From assembly GCA_903930225.1 (NCBI GenBank), contig CAIYXV010000096.1, positions 1 to 50,935 of the forward strand: DNA of 50,935 nt. Direction: 5' to 3'. The stretch is from an uncultured bacterium. GTDB taxonomy: Bacteria; Margulisbacteria; WOR-1; XYC2-FULL-46-14; WPAF01. Numbering within the stretch: the stretch's first letter is position 1; every line of letters starts with the position of its first letter. Of this stretch, positions 1-9,412 are shown piece after piece. A model generated the notes under the pieces. It saw nothing but the letters and a program-made list of their open reading frames with translations. It did no database searches and was not told the origin of the DNA. Position numbers and translations under genes: made by a program.

Positions 1-1383
1 AAAGCGAAGGCCGACCTGCTCGAATGCAATATCAGCGTGCCGGAAGCGGACGATAAAAAGAACATCGCGCAGGCGATCGACGTGATATCCGGCGCCTCTA
101 CCCTGCCGCTGTCGATCGACTCTCCCAACCCGGACGTACTGGAGGCGGGATTGAAGGAATTTTGCGGCAAGGCCCTGCTCAACTCGGTGAACGGGAAAAA
201 GGAAAGCATCGAGCGTGTGATCCCACTCGCCAAAAAGTACGGCGCGGCGATCGTCGCCCTCGCGCTCGACGAAAAAGGCCTCCCCAAAACCGTCGCCGAA
301 AAAGCGGCGATCGCGGAGCGGATCATAACCGCCGCGGTAAAAGCCGGCATATCAAAAGAAGATATTTATGTCGACGCCCTGGTCCTGACCGCGGGTGTGA
401 GCCTGGACGACAGCCTCGAAACGCTAAAGGCGATCCCGGTCATAAAGAAGAAATTCGGCGTCAAGACCAGCTTAGGCATAAGCAATGTTTCCCACGGCCT
501 CCCCAACCGCCCAAAGATCAACGCATTATATTTGAAGCTGGCCATGCTCTACGGCCTCGACGCCGGGATCATCGATGTCGTAAGCCAAGAGATAAAAAAG
601 GCGCTCAAGGAGCAAAAGGAACTGCAAAAAGGGAACAAAGAAACAAAGATCGCAAAATTGGCCGCGCTTTTGAAAAAAGAAGTTGATAAAGCCAGGGTCC
701 TGCCGAAGACAAAAGAAGAAGAAAAGCTCGCCTCGCATAAGATCAAAAAATTCAACGGCTTGGCGGACATCAAGCGCGCGGTCATCGCCGGCGACGAGGA
801 AACGGTGAGAACCTATACCAGGACCGCGCTCGAAAAAGGTTTCGGTCCGCAAAAGGTGATCGATGAGGCGCTGGTCCCCGGAATGGAGATCGTCGGCGAG
901 CGGTTCTCAAAAAAGATATACTTTCTTCCCCAGGTGCTCTCTTCGGCCGGAGCGATGACGGTCGGGTTCGAACTTTGCAAAGCAAGAATACCGAAAGAAA
1001 GCATCAAGCATATCGGCAAGATACTCGTGGCCACCGTGCGCGGCGATATACACGACATCGGGAAGAACATCGTCAGGATGATGCTCGAGAACCACGGCTT
1101 TGAGGTGATCGACCTGGGCAAGGACGTGCCGCCCGAAACGATCGTCCAGGCCGCCAAAAAGGAAAGACCGAACGCGATCGCGCTTTCCGCACTGCTAACC
1201 ACCACCATGCTGGAGATGAAAGTGGTCAAGCAAGAACTCTCCTCGGCCGGCCTCGATATCCCGCTGATCGTCGGCGGGGCGGTCGTCACCAGCGATTACG
1301 CCGAAAGGATCGGCGCCTCGTTCGGCGCGGACGCCGCGCAGGCGGTAAATCTGGCCAAACGGATCATTAATTCTGCCCGCTAA
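1..1383 (+). CDS. metH: Cobalamin-dependent methyltransferase, MetH-like: pterin-binding, B12-cap and B12-binding domains. The 5' end is cut by the window edge.
   Basis: Frame 1 is open from nt 1, and the track start at 37 is a GTG inside that frame. There is a pterin-binding-type segment (LNSVNG, GISNVSHGLP), a K/E-rich linker and a cap domain. The cobalamin-binding domain carries the DxHxxG...SxL...GG signature (DIHDIGKNIV, SALLTTT, IVGGAV). The ORF stops right after the B12 domain, so there is no AdoMet reactivation domain. Confidence 0.7.
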   Translation, partial: KAKADLLECNISVPEADDKKNIAQAIDVISGASTLPLSIDSPNPDVLEAGLKEFCGKALLNSVNGKKESIERVIPLAKKYGAAIVALALDEKGLPKTVAEKAAIAERIITAAVKAGISKEDIYVDALVLTAGVSLDDSLETLKAIPVIKKKFGVKTSLGISNVSHGLPNRPKINALYLKLAMLYGLDAGIIDVVSQEIKKALKEQKELQKGNKETKIAKLAALLKKEVDKARVLPKTKEEEKLASHKIKKFNGLADIKRAVIAGDEETVRTYTRTALEKGFGPQKVIDEALVPGMEIVGERFSKKIYFLPQVLSSAGAMTVGFELCKARIPKESIKHIGKILVATVRGDIHDIGKNIVRMMLENHGFEVIDLGKDVPPETIVQAAKKERPNAIALSALLTTTMLEMKVVKQELSSAGLDIPLIVGGAVVTSDYAERIGASFGADAAQAVNLAKRIINSAR

Positions 1384-1428
1384 TTTCTCTTTGATTTTCC
1401 ATATATTTTAAGATAAAATACAGGCATT

Positions 1429-2745
1429 ATGAGATATAAATTATATACCGCGTTCCTGCTGCTGATCTTGCTCGCCCCCGCCGCTCTGTCGCTGACGATG
1501 AAGGAAAGCATCAATATCGCGCTCAAGAGCAACGCGGCCGTGCTCTCTTCCCAGAAAAAGCTTGACGCCGCCAACGCCCGGCTCGGCCAGGCGATCGGCG
1601 CGTTCATGCCCACGATCAAGGCCGACGCTTCGGTCGGCCGCTCTTACTCCCAGCCGTCGGCAGTCGAGATCACCGCTCCGCCACCGATCGGGTCCGGCAC
1701 GTTCACTTTCGGCGTCGACGCGGCATCGGATATCAGGAATATTTCAGCCACATTAACCCAGCCGGTCTTTGTCGCCGCCCTTCTTCCCGGGTACAATATC
1801 GCGAAAGCATCGGCCGACATGGCGCAGGAAGATTACAAAAAAACCCAGCAGGATACCGCCTATAACGCCACCGTCGCTTATTTCGCATTGCTTAAAGCCG
1901 ATGAGTTCGTAAACCTCCTGTCCGAATCTCTGGACATGGCAAAGTCGCATCAGTCCCAGGTTGAAGCGCTGGTAAATGCCGGGGTCGCGACGCGCTCCGA
2001 CCTGCTTCGCGCCGAAGTGCAGGTCGCTAATTCCGAGGTCGCCCTGACCAAGGCCAAGAACGGTCATGAGCTCGCAAAGGGCGCGCTCAATAACGTCATG
2101 GGCCAGCCGATCGATGCGCCGATCACGCTAAGCGACCAGAGCCATACTTCCCCGCAGACCGCGGCGCCGAAACTGGCAGACCTGATCGATATCACGTTCA
2201 ACGATCGTCCGGATTGGCGCATATTCAAAAAGGCAAGCGATATCGCGGAGCAGAACGTGATGGTACAGCGCTCCGGCTACCTGCCTACAGTCGTCGTTTC
2301 CGGCCAGACCGGCGATCACTTTACCGGATATCCGGCTTACAGCACCGATACCAATTCCTGGTCCATCACCGGCGCCGCTTCCATCACCCTTTTTGACGGA
2401 CTTATCCTGCAGAACCGGATCCGGGAAGCCGAATCGAACCTCGACGCCCAAAAAGCGTCCGAAGACAGCGTCAGGAACGGTCTCATCTTGGAAGTAAGGG
2501 ACGCCTTCCTTAACTTCACCACCGCCATCGAGACCATCTCTTCCGCGAAAAAAGCGGTCGACCTCGCGGAAGAGAACGAAAAAGTTTCGGACCTTCGGTA
2601 TAAATCCGGCGTCGCGACCAACATCGAGGTGCTGGACGCCCAGGTGGCGCTGACCCAGGCGCGGAGCGATTATTCGCAAGCGCTCTTCGACCTGGAGATC
2701 GCCAAGGCAAAAATAAATAAGTCAGTCGGAAAGGAAGTGCTTTAA
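1429..2745 (+). CDS. TolC-family outer membrane efflux protein
   Basis: 438 aa with a signal-like N-terminus (LLLILLAPAALS). It has two tandem OEP-type repeats with coiled-coil segments (SDLLRAEVQVANSEVALTKAKN; IEVLDAQVALTQARSDY). It is the first gene of the efflux operon. Confidence 0.85.
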   Translation: MRYKLYTAFLLLILLAPAALSLTMKESINIALKSNAAVLSSQKKLDAANARLGQAIGAFMPTIKADASVGRSYSQPSAVEITAPPPIGSGTFTFGVDAASDIRNISATLTQPVFVAALLPGYNIAKASADMAQEDYKKTQQDTAYNATVAYFALLKADEFVNLLSESLDMAKSHQSQVEALVNAGVATRSDLLRAEVQVANSEVALTKAKNGHELAKGALNNVMGQPIDAPITLSDQSHTSPQTAAPKLADLIDITFNDRPDWRIFKKASDIAEQNVMVQRSGYLPTVVVSGQTGDHFTGYPAYSTDTNSWSITGAASITLFDGLILQNRIREAESNLDAQKASEDSVRNGLILEVRDAFLNFTTAIETISSAKKAVDLAEENEKVSDLRYKSGVATNIEVLDAQVALTQARSDYSQALFDLEIAKAKINKSVGKEVL

Positions 2746-3720
2746 ATGAAACTCAACCGGAAATGGCCCTGGATCGTTATCGCGGTTCTAATAATCATTG
2801 GCGGCTACATCTTTATTAAATGGCAGAATAACGATGTTGTGCCTGTGAAGACCGCGGTGGTCGGTCGGGGCCCGATCGAAGAGATCATCTCCGCCGGCGG
2901 GATCGTGGACGCGCCGGTTTACAACCTCGGATCGAAAACAGGAGGCCGGATCGTCGTCTGGCACGCCAAGGAAGGCGACACGGTAAAAAAAGGACAGCTG
3001 CTCGCGGAGTTCGACAGCTACGAGCAGGCGCGGAACGATTTTGTAAGGACCCAGGAGCTTTTTAAGGAAGACGCCGCCAGCCAGCAGCAGTTCGACGCGG
3101 CCAAGGCGGTCTTCGACAACTCGCGGATCGTCGCCCCCGACGACGGGCTGGTCGCGCGGAGATATTATGAAGAAGGAGAAACCGTGGTTCCCGGCTCTTC
3201 CGCGATCGAGATCGTCAATTACTCTAAATGCTGGGTCGAGGGGCAGATCGATGAAGTGGACATATCCAACGTTAAGATCGGCGACCAGGTAAACATCACT
3301 TCCGACGATTATCCCGGCAGAAGCTTTACCGGCGAGGTTTACTGGATCGCGCCGGTAGCTGAACTGCGCAAGGTCGGCGGCAGGGTCAAGATGGATGAAG
3401 AGTCGTACGTTTTCCCCTTGAAGGCCAAATTCCTCGGCGCCCATGAAGAAATGAAGGTCAACATGTCCGTCAATCTCGATATCGTGGCCCGCTCAAAGTC
3501 CGACACGGTCATCATTCCCAGAGAGGCATTGTACAGCAAGGACGACACGACCTATGTTTACGCGATCCGCAAGAACCATTCCTACCAGGTAAAGATCACA
3601 ACCGGCATCCGTTCATTCACCAGCGTGGAAGTGTCTTCGGGAGTCGTCAACGGCGATGTCATCGCCGTTTCCAATGTTTCAAAGCTAAATGACAAGGGAC
3701 GGATCAAAGTTGAGCGGTAG
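2746..3720 (+). CDS. Efflux periplasmic adaptor subunit (HlyD/MacA family)
   Basis: Single N-terminal TM segment (WPWIVIAVLIIIGGYIF). Barrel-sandwich/lipoyl-type motifs are present (GDTVKKGQLLAEFD; IVAPDDGLV). The ATG directly abuts the TolC stop codon. Confidence 0.8.
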   Translation: MKLNRKWPWIVIAVLIIIGGYIFIKWQNNDVVPVKTAVVGRGPIEEIISAGGIVDAPVYNLGSKTGGRIVVWHAKEGDTVKKGQLLAEFDSYEQARNDFVRTQELFKEDAASQQQFDAAKAVFDNSRIVAPDDGLVARRYYEEGETVVPGSSAIEIVNYSKCWVEGQIDEVDISNVKIGDQVNITSDDYPGRSFTGEVYWIAPVAELRKVGGRVKMDEESYVFPLKAKFLGAHEEMKVNMSVNLDIVARSKSDTVIIPREALYSKDDTTYVYAIRKNHSYQVKITTGIRSFTSVEVSSGVVNGDVIAVSNVSKLNDKGRIKVER

Positions 3721-4420
3721 CAGTGCCACCGGCGCGCAGGTCGTGGTCAGGATCCGTGATGTTAAGCGCATCTATCATCTCGGAAAAGTCGAGGTTCGCG
3801 CCCTCCAGGGAATAAACCTGATAGTTGAAAAAGGAGAATTCCTCTCCATTATGGGCCCTTCCGGATGCGGTAAATCCACCCTGATGCACATTATCGGATG
3901 TCTGGACCGCCCCTCCTCCGGCCACATTTCGATCGATGAGGTCGATGTCGACGAGCTCGATGACAACCGGCTGGCCGACATCCGCAACCGCAAGGTCGGC
4001 TTTGTATTCCAAACATTTAATCTTTTACCCAAACTGAATGCCATTGAGAACGTTGAATTGCCGCTGATCTACGCGGGGGCCGGATTTGAAGAGCGAAGAA
4101 AGAAGGCGTCAGAGCTCCTGAATGTCGTGGGGCTCAATGACCGCATGTACCACCGGCCTTCGGAGCTTTCGGGCGGACAAAGCCAGCGGGTCGCGATCGC
4201 ACGCGCGCTGGCAAATGATCCCTCCCTCATCCTGGCCGACGAGCCGACCGGCAATCTCGATTCCAAAAGCGGCGAAGAGATCATCCACCTGTTCGAGGAG
4301 CTGAACAACCGCGGCATAACCCTGATCATCGTCACGCACGATAAGGACATTGCCGGCCACAGTAAAAGGATCGTAAGGCTCAAGGACGGCCTGGTACTCT
4401 CCGACGAAAAGATAAAATGA
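3689..4420 (+). CDS. ABC transporter ATP-binding protein (MacB/LolD-type ATPase)
   Basis: Walker A GPSGCGKST, signature LSGGQSQRVAIARAL, Walker B LILADEPTGNLD and H-loop VTHD. The start is uncertain: ATG 3689 overlaps the adaptor gene by 32 nt. In-frame TTG 3710 and GTG 3743 are alternatives. Confidence 0.9.
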   Translation: MTRDGSKLSGSSATGAQVVVRIRDVKRIYHLGKVEVRALQGINLIVEKGEFLSIMGPSGCGKSTLMHIIGCLDRPSSGHISIDEVDVDELDDNRLADIRNRKVGFVFQTFNLLPKLNAIENVELPLIYAGAGFEERRKKASELLNVVGLNDRMYHRPSELSGGQSQRVAIARALANDPSLILADEPTGNLDSKSGEEIIHLFEELNNRGITLIIVTHDKDIAGHSKRIVRLKDGLVLSDEKIK

Positions 4421-5610
4421 TCAACCTGCTCGATCCGTTCAAGATCGCCTTCGGTTCGCTTCTTTCAAACAAACTCCGCTCCCTGCTCACCACCCTGGGG
4501 GTCATCATCGGCGTCGCCGCCGTCATCACCCTGGTCAGCATGGGCGAAGGCGCAAAAAGCTACATCCTGGGCCAGATCGGCAGCTGGGGAATGGGCGCCA
4601 ATAGCCTGGTCATTCAGCCGGGTACCGGTGACGCGACCATTCCCGAACTTACCTTAACTTATGATGACGCTGTCGTTTTAAGGCAAAAGATCAGGCATCT
4701 GCAATACCTGATGCCGGAATTCGTCGGCCGCGGCCGTTGTATCTATGGAAAAAAATCGTATATCCCGTCGTATACCATGGGAGCTTCAGCCGATTATCCC
4801 CTGGCCTACAAGCAAAAGGCGGTGGAAGGCCGGTTCTTTTCGGAAGCGGATGACGCATCCCGCCGGCGCGTAGTGGTCATCGGCAAGACCATCGTAAATA
4901 AACTTTTCGGGTCGTATTCCCCGATCGGGGAAAAGATAACGATAAACGGCATCGGCTTCACCGTCATCGGCGTGCTCGAAGAAAAAGGAACGCTCCTGAC
5001 CAACGACATGGACGATATCGCGCTGATCCCTGGGAGCCTCTCCGAAACAGTGCTGGGAACGAACAAGATCTGGGAAATATTTATCACGGTCGAAAAGGAC
5101 GATCAGGTCGCGCAGGCGATCGATGACATTGAAAAGATCCTGACCGCCCGGCATCACCGGGTGGATTTCCACACTCACACCCAGCAGGGAATGATCGACA
5201 TCATCAACAACATTTTAAACGCGATGACCGGCATTGTCAGCGCGATCGCGGCCATCTCGCTTTTGGTGGGCGGGATCGGCATCATGAACATCATGCTGGT
5301 GGCGGTGACCGAACGCACGAGGGAGATTGGCATCCGCAAGTCGATCGGCGCAAAACAGCGCGACATCTTCCTGCAGTTCGTCTTTGAATCGGTGCTGATC
5401 ACCATGAGCGGCGCCCTGATCGGCATAATCATAGGAACGCTGGCCGCCTGGCTGATCATGCATTTTCTGAAAATGGAAGCGGTGATCGCCTGGGGAGCGG
5501 CATATTCCGCGTGCCTGGTCGCGTTTTTGGTCGGAACGTTCTTCGGCGTCTATCCCGCCGTCCGCGCGTCCCGGCTCGATCCGGTCGAAGCATTAAGGTA
5601 TGAAGCATGA
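4417..5610 (+). CDS. ABC transporter permease, MacB-like (N-terminal TM, periplasmic domain, C-terminal FtsX 3-TM module)
   Basis: 397 aa. N-terminal TM LRSLLTTLGVIIGVAAVITLVS, a roughly 220-aa extracytoplasmic domain, and an FtsX block GIGIMNIMLVAVTERTREIGIRKSIGA. ATGA start/stop overlap with the ATPase gene. Confidence 0.85.
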   Translation: MINLLDPFKIAFGSLLSNKLRSLLTTLGVIIGVAAVITLVSMGEGAKSYILGQIGSWGMGANSLVIQPGTGDATIPELTLTYDDAVVLRQKIRHLQYLMPEFVGRGRCIYGKKSYIPSYTMGASADYPLAYKQKAVEGRFFSEADDASRRRVVVIGKTIVNKLFGSYSPIGEKITINGIGFTVIGVLEEKGTLLTNDMDDIALIPGSLSETVLGTNKIWEIFITVEKDDQVAQAIDDIEKILTARHHRVDFHTHTQQGMIDIINNILNAMTGIVSAIAAISLLVGGIGIMNIMLVAVTERTREIGIRKSIGAKQRDIFLQFVFESVLITMSGALIGIIIGTLAAWLIMHFLKMEAVIAWGAAYSACLVAFLVGTFFGVYPAVRASRLDPVEALRYEA

Positions 5611-6800
5611 GCGTTTTTATCTGGGAAGAGATCAAGCAGGCGTCCCGGTCGCTAGCCTCGAATAAGGTCCGGTCATTCCTCACCATGCTCGGGGTCATCA
5701 TCGGTATTTTCTCGGTCATTACATTGGTTACGATCGGCGAAGGGGCCAAGACCTATATCACCGACCAGATCAAGAACCTGGGCGCGGGATACGATTCATT
5801 CATACTGGCGGCGGGAAAAGACCAGAACACCCCGCCTAACCCCAAGTTCATCTATGCCGATATCGCTTATTTTAAAAACCAGGTCCCGGAGATCCGCGAT
5901 ATCGTGGCCCTAAATCCCGGCTCCGGCGAATTCGCTTACGGCAAAATGACCCTGAAGGCCTCAATGATAATGGGCGAAACCGCCAATGCCATGCAGTTGA
6001 TGGGCGGAAGCCTCTCATCCGGCCGCTTCTTTACCGAAGCGGAGGTCGAGGGGCGGAAAAAAGTGGTGGTGATCGGCCCGACCGTGGCAAAAACTTTTTT
6101 TGGCGACTCAAGCCCGATCGGCGAGCGGATCAAGATCCGCGGCGACCGCTACGTGATCATCGGCGTGTCGGAATCGCGCGGCAGCATCGGGCCGATTGAC
6201 ATGGACAAGCGGGCGGTGATCCCGATCACGACCTCTAACAACATGATGGGCAACGACAAGATCATGCGCTTCAACATTTTCCCGAAAGACATAAAAAAGA
6301 TCGATGAAGTCGAGCAGAAGCTGGCCGAGGTCGTTAAGCGCCGCATCCGGAGTGATGATTTCCGCTTCATGACCCAGCAGGGAATATTGAACATCGTGAA
6401 TAATGTCCTGGGGGCTCTGACCGGATTTGTCGCCGGGATCGCGGCCATCTCCCTTCTGGTGGGCGGGATCGGCATCATGAACATCATGCTGGTGGCGGTC
6501 AACGAACGGGTCCGAGAGATCGGGGTCAGAAAAGCGATCGGGGCAAAAAGACGCGATATTGTTATTCAGTTCCTGGTCGAATCGATGCTGATCAGCATGA
6601 TCGGCGGAATATTGGGTATCTTTTTCGGCCTGCTGGGAGCCTTCCTTATAATCTGGTCCATCAAGGGAACGCTCGTCATTGCCTGGTGGGCGGTGATCAT
6701 GGCTACCACAGTATCGGCGGCGGTGGGGATATTTTTTGGGGTTTACCCGGCCATGCGGGCGGCCGCGCTCGATCCGGTAGAAGCCCTGCGCTACGAATAA
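5607..6800 (+). CDS. Second MacB-like/FtsX ABC transporter permease (paralogue of the preceding gene)
   Basis: Also 397 aa with the same architecture. FtsX block GIGIMNIMLVAVNERVREIGVRKAIGA and a shared C-terminus LDPVEALRYE. ATGA overlap with the preceding permease gene. Confidence 0.85.
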   Translation: MSVFIWEEIKQASRSLASNKVRSFLTMLGVIIGIFSVITLVTIGEGAKTYITDQIKNLGAGYDSFILAAGKDQNTPPNPKFIYADIAYFKNQVPEIRDIVALNPGSGEFAYGKMTLKASMIMGETANAMQLMGGSLSSGRFFTEAEVEGRKKVVVIGPTVAKTFFGDSSPIGERIKIRGDRYVIIGVSESRGSIGPIDMDKRAVIPITTSNNMMGNDKIMRFNIFPKDIKKIDEVEQKLAEVVKRRIRSDDFRFMTQQGILNIVNNVLGALTGFVAGIAAISLLVGGIGIMNIMLVAVNERVREIGVRKAIGAKRRDIVIQFLVESMLISMIGGILGIFFGLLGAFLIIWSIKGTLVIAWWAVIMATTVSAAVGIFFGVYPAMRAAALDPVEALRYE

Positions 6801-6802
6801 GT

Positions 6803-7303
6803 TCAGTTGGCCGGTGAGATCTCGGAACGGGCAAAATCATCGATCGACCGCTTCACGTTATCGTCATAATCAACGTAGACGCCCTTTATCTTGCCGTCGC
6901 TTCCGATCACAATCGAGGTCGGCAGGCTCAATATCGCGTACTGTTTTAGGGAAGCAAGTTTTTTATCCATTAAAAGATTGTAATTAAGTTTCAGATCTCC
7001 GGCAAGCTCTCTTATTCCCCGGACTTTCTTGTCCAGCGATACCGCTATTATTTCCAGGTTATGGGGATATTTTGATGATAGTTCCTGAAGTGACCCAAGC
7101 TGGTCTTTGCAGGTCTTGCTCCAGGATACAAAAAAGGTAAGCACAATCGGTTTTCCGTGAAAATCAGAGAGGTTTACGATCTTCCCGTTGAGATCGGGCA
7201 AAGCAAGCGCGGGCGGCAAATCGCCCACGGAGGGCAGCTCGGCCGCAATACATGGATTGACGGCCAAAAAGACCGCCATTGCAACCAATAAGAGGCTCCT
7301 CAT
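6803..7303 (-). CDS. Secreted TlpA/ResA-like thioredoxin-fold protein with a WSKTC motif in place of WCxxC
   Basis: Signal peptide MRSLLLVAMAVFLAVNPCIAA. The redoxin core KPIVLTFFVSWSKTCKDQL aligns with the TlpA/ResA pattern F-W-A-S-W-C-x-x-C, but the first Cys is replaced by Ser. Confidence 0.65.
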   Translation of the reverse strand: MRSLLLVAMAVFLAVNPCIAAELPSVGDLPPALALPDLNGKIVNLSDFHGKPIVLTFFVSWSKTCKDQLGSLQELSSKYPHNLEIIAVSLDKKVRGIRELAGDLKLNYNLLMDKKLASLKQYAILSLPTSIVIGSDGKIKGVYVDYDDNVKRSIDDFARSEISPAN

Positions 7304-7404
7304 CTTGTTTTAGTATATCAGAAACGTGTTAATTGTCAATAAATACGGCGTGTTTTCGCTCCGGCCATCGAGGCTAAATATTTTTACGCATTTATGAGGG
7401 GGGA

Positions 7405-8358
7405 TTATTCCGTTCTTCTTTCGACTATCGGAGTGATCTTCCTTTTTTCAAGCCCGTCGTCACGGGTGGCTTCGATCGGGATGACCTGCTCTCCGTCGGG
7501 AAAAGCGTATCTCACCGAAAAGGTGCCGTCTTCGCGCAGTTTGAGCGGATGGCCCTGAATGGTAACGCTCGCGGTCGGCTCCGTCGCGCCGTAGACGATC
7601 ACTTCGCAATTGGCCACCAGCCAGAACGGCCTCGGCAGCTGCGGTTTTGAGGGTGAAAAAAGAGAAGAGACTCCGGGTGATGAAACCTGATTGAGGAGCC
7701 TTTTTTCCATCATTTCCCTAAGCTCCAGCGAACCCTGGCCGACCCTGAAACCTCCGGAAAGAGCGTACAGCTGGTCCCAGTCCGGTATCATCCATTGCTC
7801 ATCGATCACCTCGGACATTTTATCGCGCGGAGTAGTGACAACGTTGCTCCTGGCCGCCACCATAAAGATGCCGTCCGGAGTTAAGAACCCGATGTCAACG
7901 CAGTAGGAAGTATTCGGCCGCCCGACATTAATATACCAGTTATTGGTGAGTCCGCTGACCTGGATGTCAAAAAAGTTCCAGTTCTGCGCGTCATATACGC
8001 GCAGGATCAGTCTTGAGTGGTCGAACTTGGCGCCGAGTTCCGATCTGATCTCGGCCAGTCTTTTTTGATTGACTTCCCAGTAGGTATAGATCCAGTAAGG
8101 ATCGCGCACCATGATGACGATGCGGTTGTCGCCGTAGCCGCCGGGGAGCTCGAATTCGCGCGGCCCGCCGAATTTCTGCATGATCGGGCCGGGATAATAC
8201 TTGCTCTCCTCAACTCTCTCTTCCGCGATCGCCAGATCCTCACGGATGTCCGCCGGCGCCGCTTTAACTGTCCGCTTGACGCGAGTCGCCGTGGTCCGGC
8301 GGGGTTTTGCGCTCTTTGCCGAAGCTTTTTTAGTTACCGCTTTCTTTTTTGCTGGCAT
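7405..8358 (-). CDS. DUF4912-type protein with a basic N-terminal tail
   Basis: The first 45 aa or so are K/A/R-rich (MPAKKKAVTKKASAKSAKPRR...). This is followed by the DPYWIYTYWEV block that I associate with DUF4912 proteins, which are usually encoded next to GH57 genes. The family call is from memory only. Confidence 0.55.
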   Translation of the reverse strand: MPAKKKAVTKKASAKSAKPRRTTATRVKRTVKAAPADIREDLAIAEERVEESKYYPGPIMQKFGGPREFELPGGYGDNRIVIMVRDPYWIYTYWEVNQKRLAEIRSELGAKFDHSRLILRVYDAQNWNFFDIQVSGLTNNWYINVGRPNTSYCVDIGFLTPDGIFMVAARSNVVTTPRDKMSEVIDEQWMIPDWDQLYALSGGFRVGQGSLELREMMEKRLLNQVSSPGVSSLFSPSKPQLPRPFWLVANCEVIVYGATEPTASVTIQGHPLKLREDGTFSVRYAFPDGEQVIPIEATRDDGLEKRKITPIVERRTE

Positions 8359-8376
8359 TTTTTCACCCCTGCACGA

Positions 8377-9411
8377 TCACATTATCTCTCTTAGATATTT
8401 TGCCGCTTCTTCCGGTGAGGTCGGATTGATGTACAGACCCGACCCCCATTCGAATCCCGCCTGTTTGGTAAGTCTTGGAATTATCTCAAAATGCCAGTGA
8501 AAGTCGTAAGATATTGTTCCCCAATAATCCGGCTTGCCGGGTCTGGGCACCGAATTCGGTGCGGTATGCAGGACGTGATTGTAGGGAGGATCGTTTAAGG
8601 TCTTTTTCAGCCGGGTTAAGACATCCTTAAGGCAGCGGGCAAGCTGCATCCTTTCTTCGTCCGAAATGAACTGGAATCCGGCCTGATGCCTTCTGGGAAA
8701 TATCCAGGTCTCAAAAGGGAACCGTGAACCGAAAGGCGCGAATCCTACGAAATATTCGTTCTCGTATACCATTCTCTCGCCCGATCCCAGCTCCTGCCGG
8801 ATCATGTCGCAGAACAGGCAGCGCTCCTTCTCGTGAAAATAAGCGCGGGAATTTGTAAGCTCGAGCTTGATGTAGCGCGGGGTGATCGGCGTCGCGATCA
8901 GCTGGGAATGGGGATGATTGAGCGAAGCTCCGGCCGCGCTCCCGTAATTCTTGAAGACCAGGATATAGCGGAACCTTTGGTCCTTTTCAAGATCGGTGAT
9001 GCGCTGTTTGTAGGCCCAGAGCAGTTTTTCAATATGGGATTCTTCCATGTCCGCCAGGGTCTCGTTATGATTTGGAGTTTCAACGATAACTTCATGCGCG
9101 CCGATGCCGGACATCATGTCAAAAATGCCGATGCCCGAACGGTTGACGTCGCCTTCTATCACCAGCGCGGGGAACTTGTTGGGAATGACCCGTACTTGCC
9201 AGCCCGGTTTGTTGGGCAGGGTGTCGGATCGTCTCCAGGCCACGATCTCCGGGGGGGTCTTGTCCTCATTGCCTTCGCAGAGCGGGCATTTGCTGGTGTC
9301 TTCTTTGGTCGAGGTCACGGCGGTACTGCCGAAATCGGACGGTCGTCGGCCGCGTTCGGTCGAGATCACTACCCAGCGGTCAGAGATGGGATCTTTGCGA
9401 ATTTCCGGCAT
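8377..9411 (-). CDS. galT: Galactose-1-phosphate uridylyltransferase-family nucleotidyltransferase (GalT / ADP-glucose phosphorylase-like)
   Basis: Active-site HPHSQL (HxHxQ) and an N-terminal Zn-binding CPLCEGNE. 344 aa. The start codon sits 2 nt from the stop of the upstream GH57 gene. Confidence 0.8.
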   Translation of the reverse strand: MPEIRKDPISDRWVVISTERGRRPSDFGSTAVTSTKEDTSKCPLCEGNEDKTPPEIVAWRRSDTLPNKPGWQVRVIPNKFPALVIEGDVNRSGIGIFDMMSGIGAHEVIVETPNHNETLADMEESHIEKLLWAYKQRITDLEKDQRFRYILVFKNYGSAAGASLNHPHSQLIATPITPRYIKLELTNSRAYFHEKERCLFCDMIRQELGSGERMVYENEYFVGFAPFGSRFPFETWIFPRRHQAGFQFISDEERMQLARCLKDVLTRLKKTLNDPPYNHVLHTAPNSVPRPGKPDYWGTISYDFHWHFEIIPRLTKQAGFEWGSGLYINPTSPEEAAKYLREIM

Positions 9412-9412
9412 A

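Noticed and set aside
162-686. 174-aa Arg/Pro-rich ORF in an alternative plus-strand frame of the metH-like gene.
   Set aside because: The composition is typical of an off-frame translation of GC-rich coding DNA (R, P, G runs). The frame-1 product has clear pterin-binding and B12-binding motifs.
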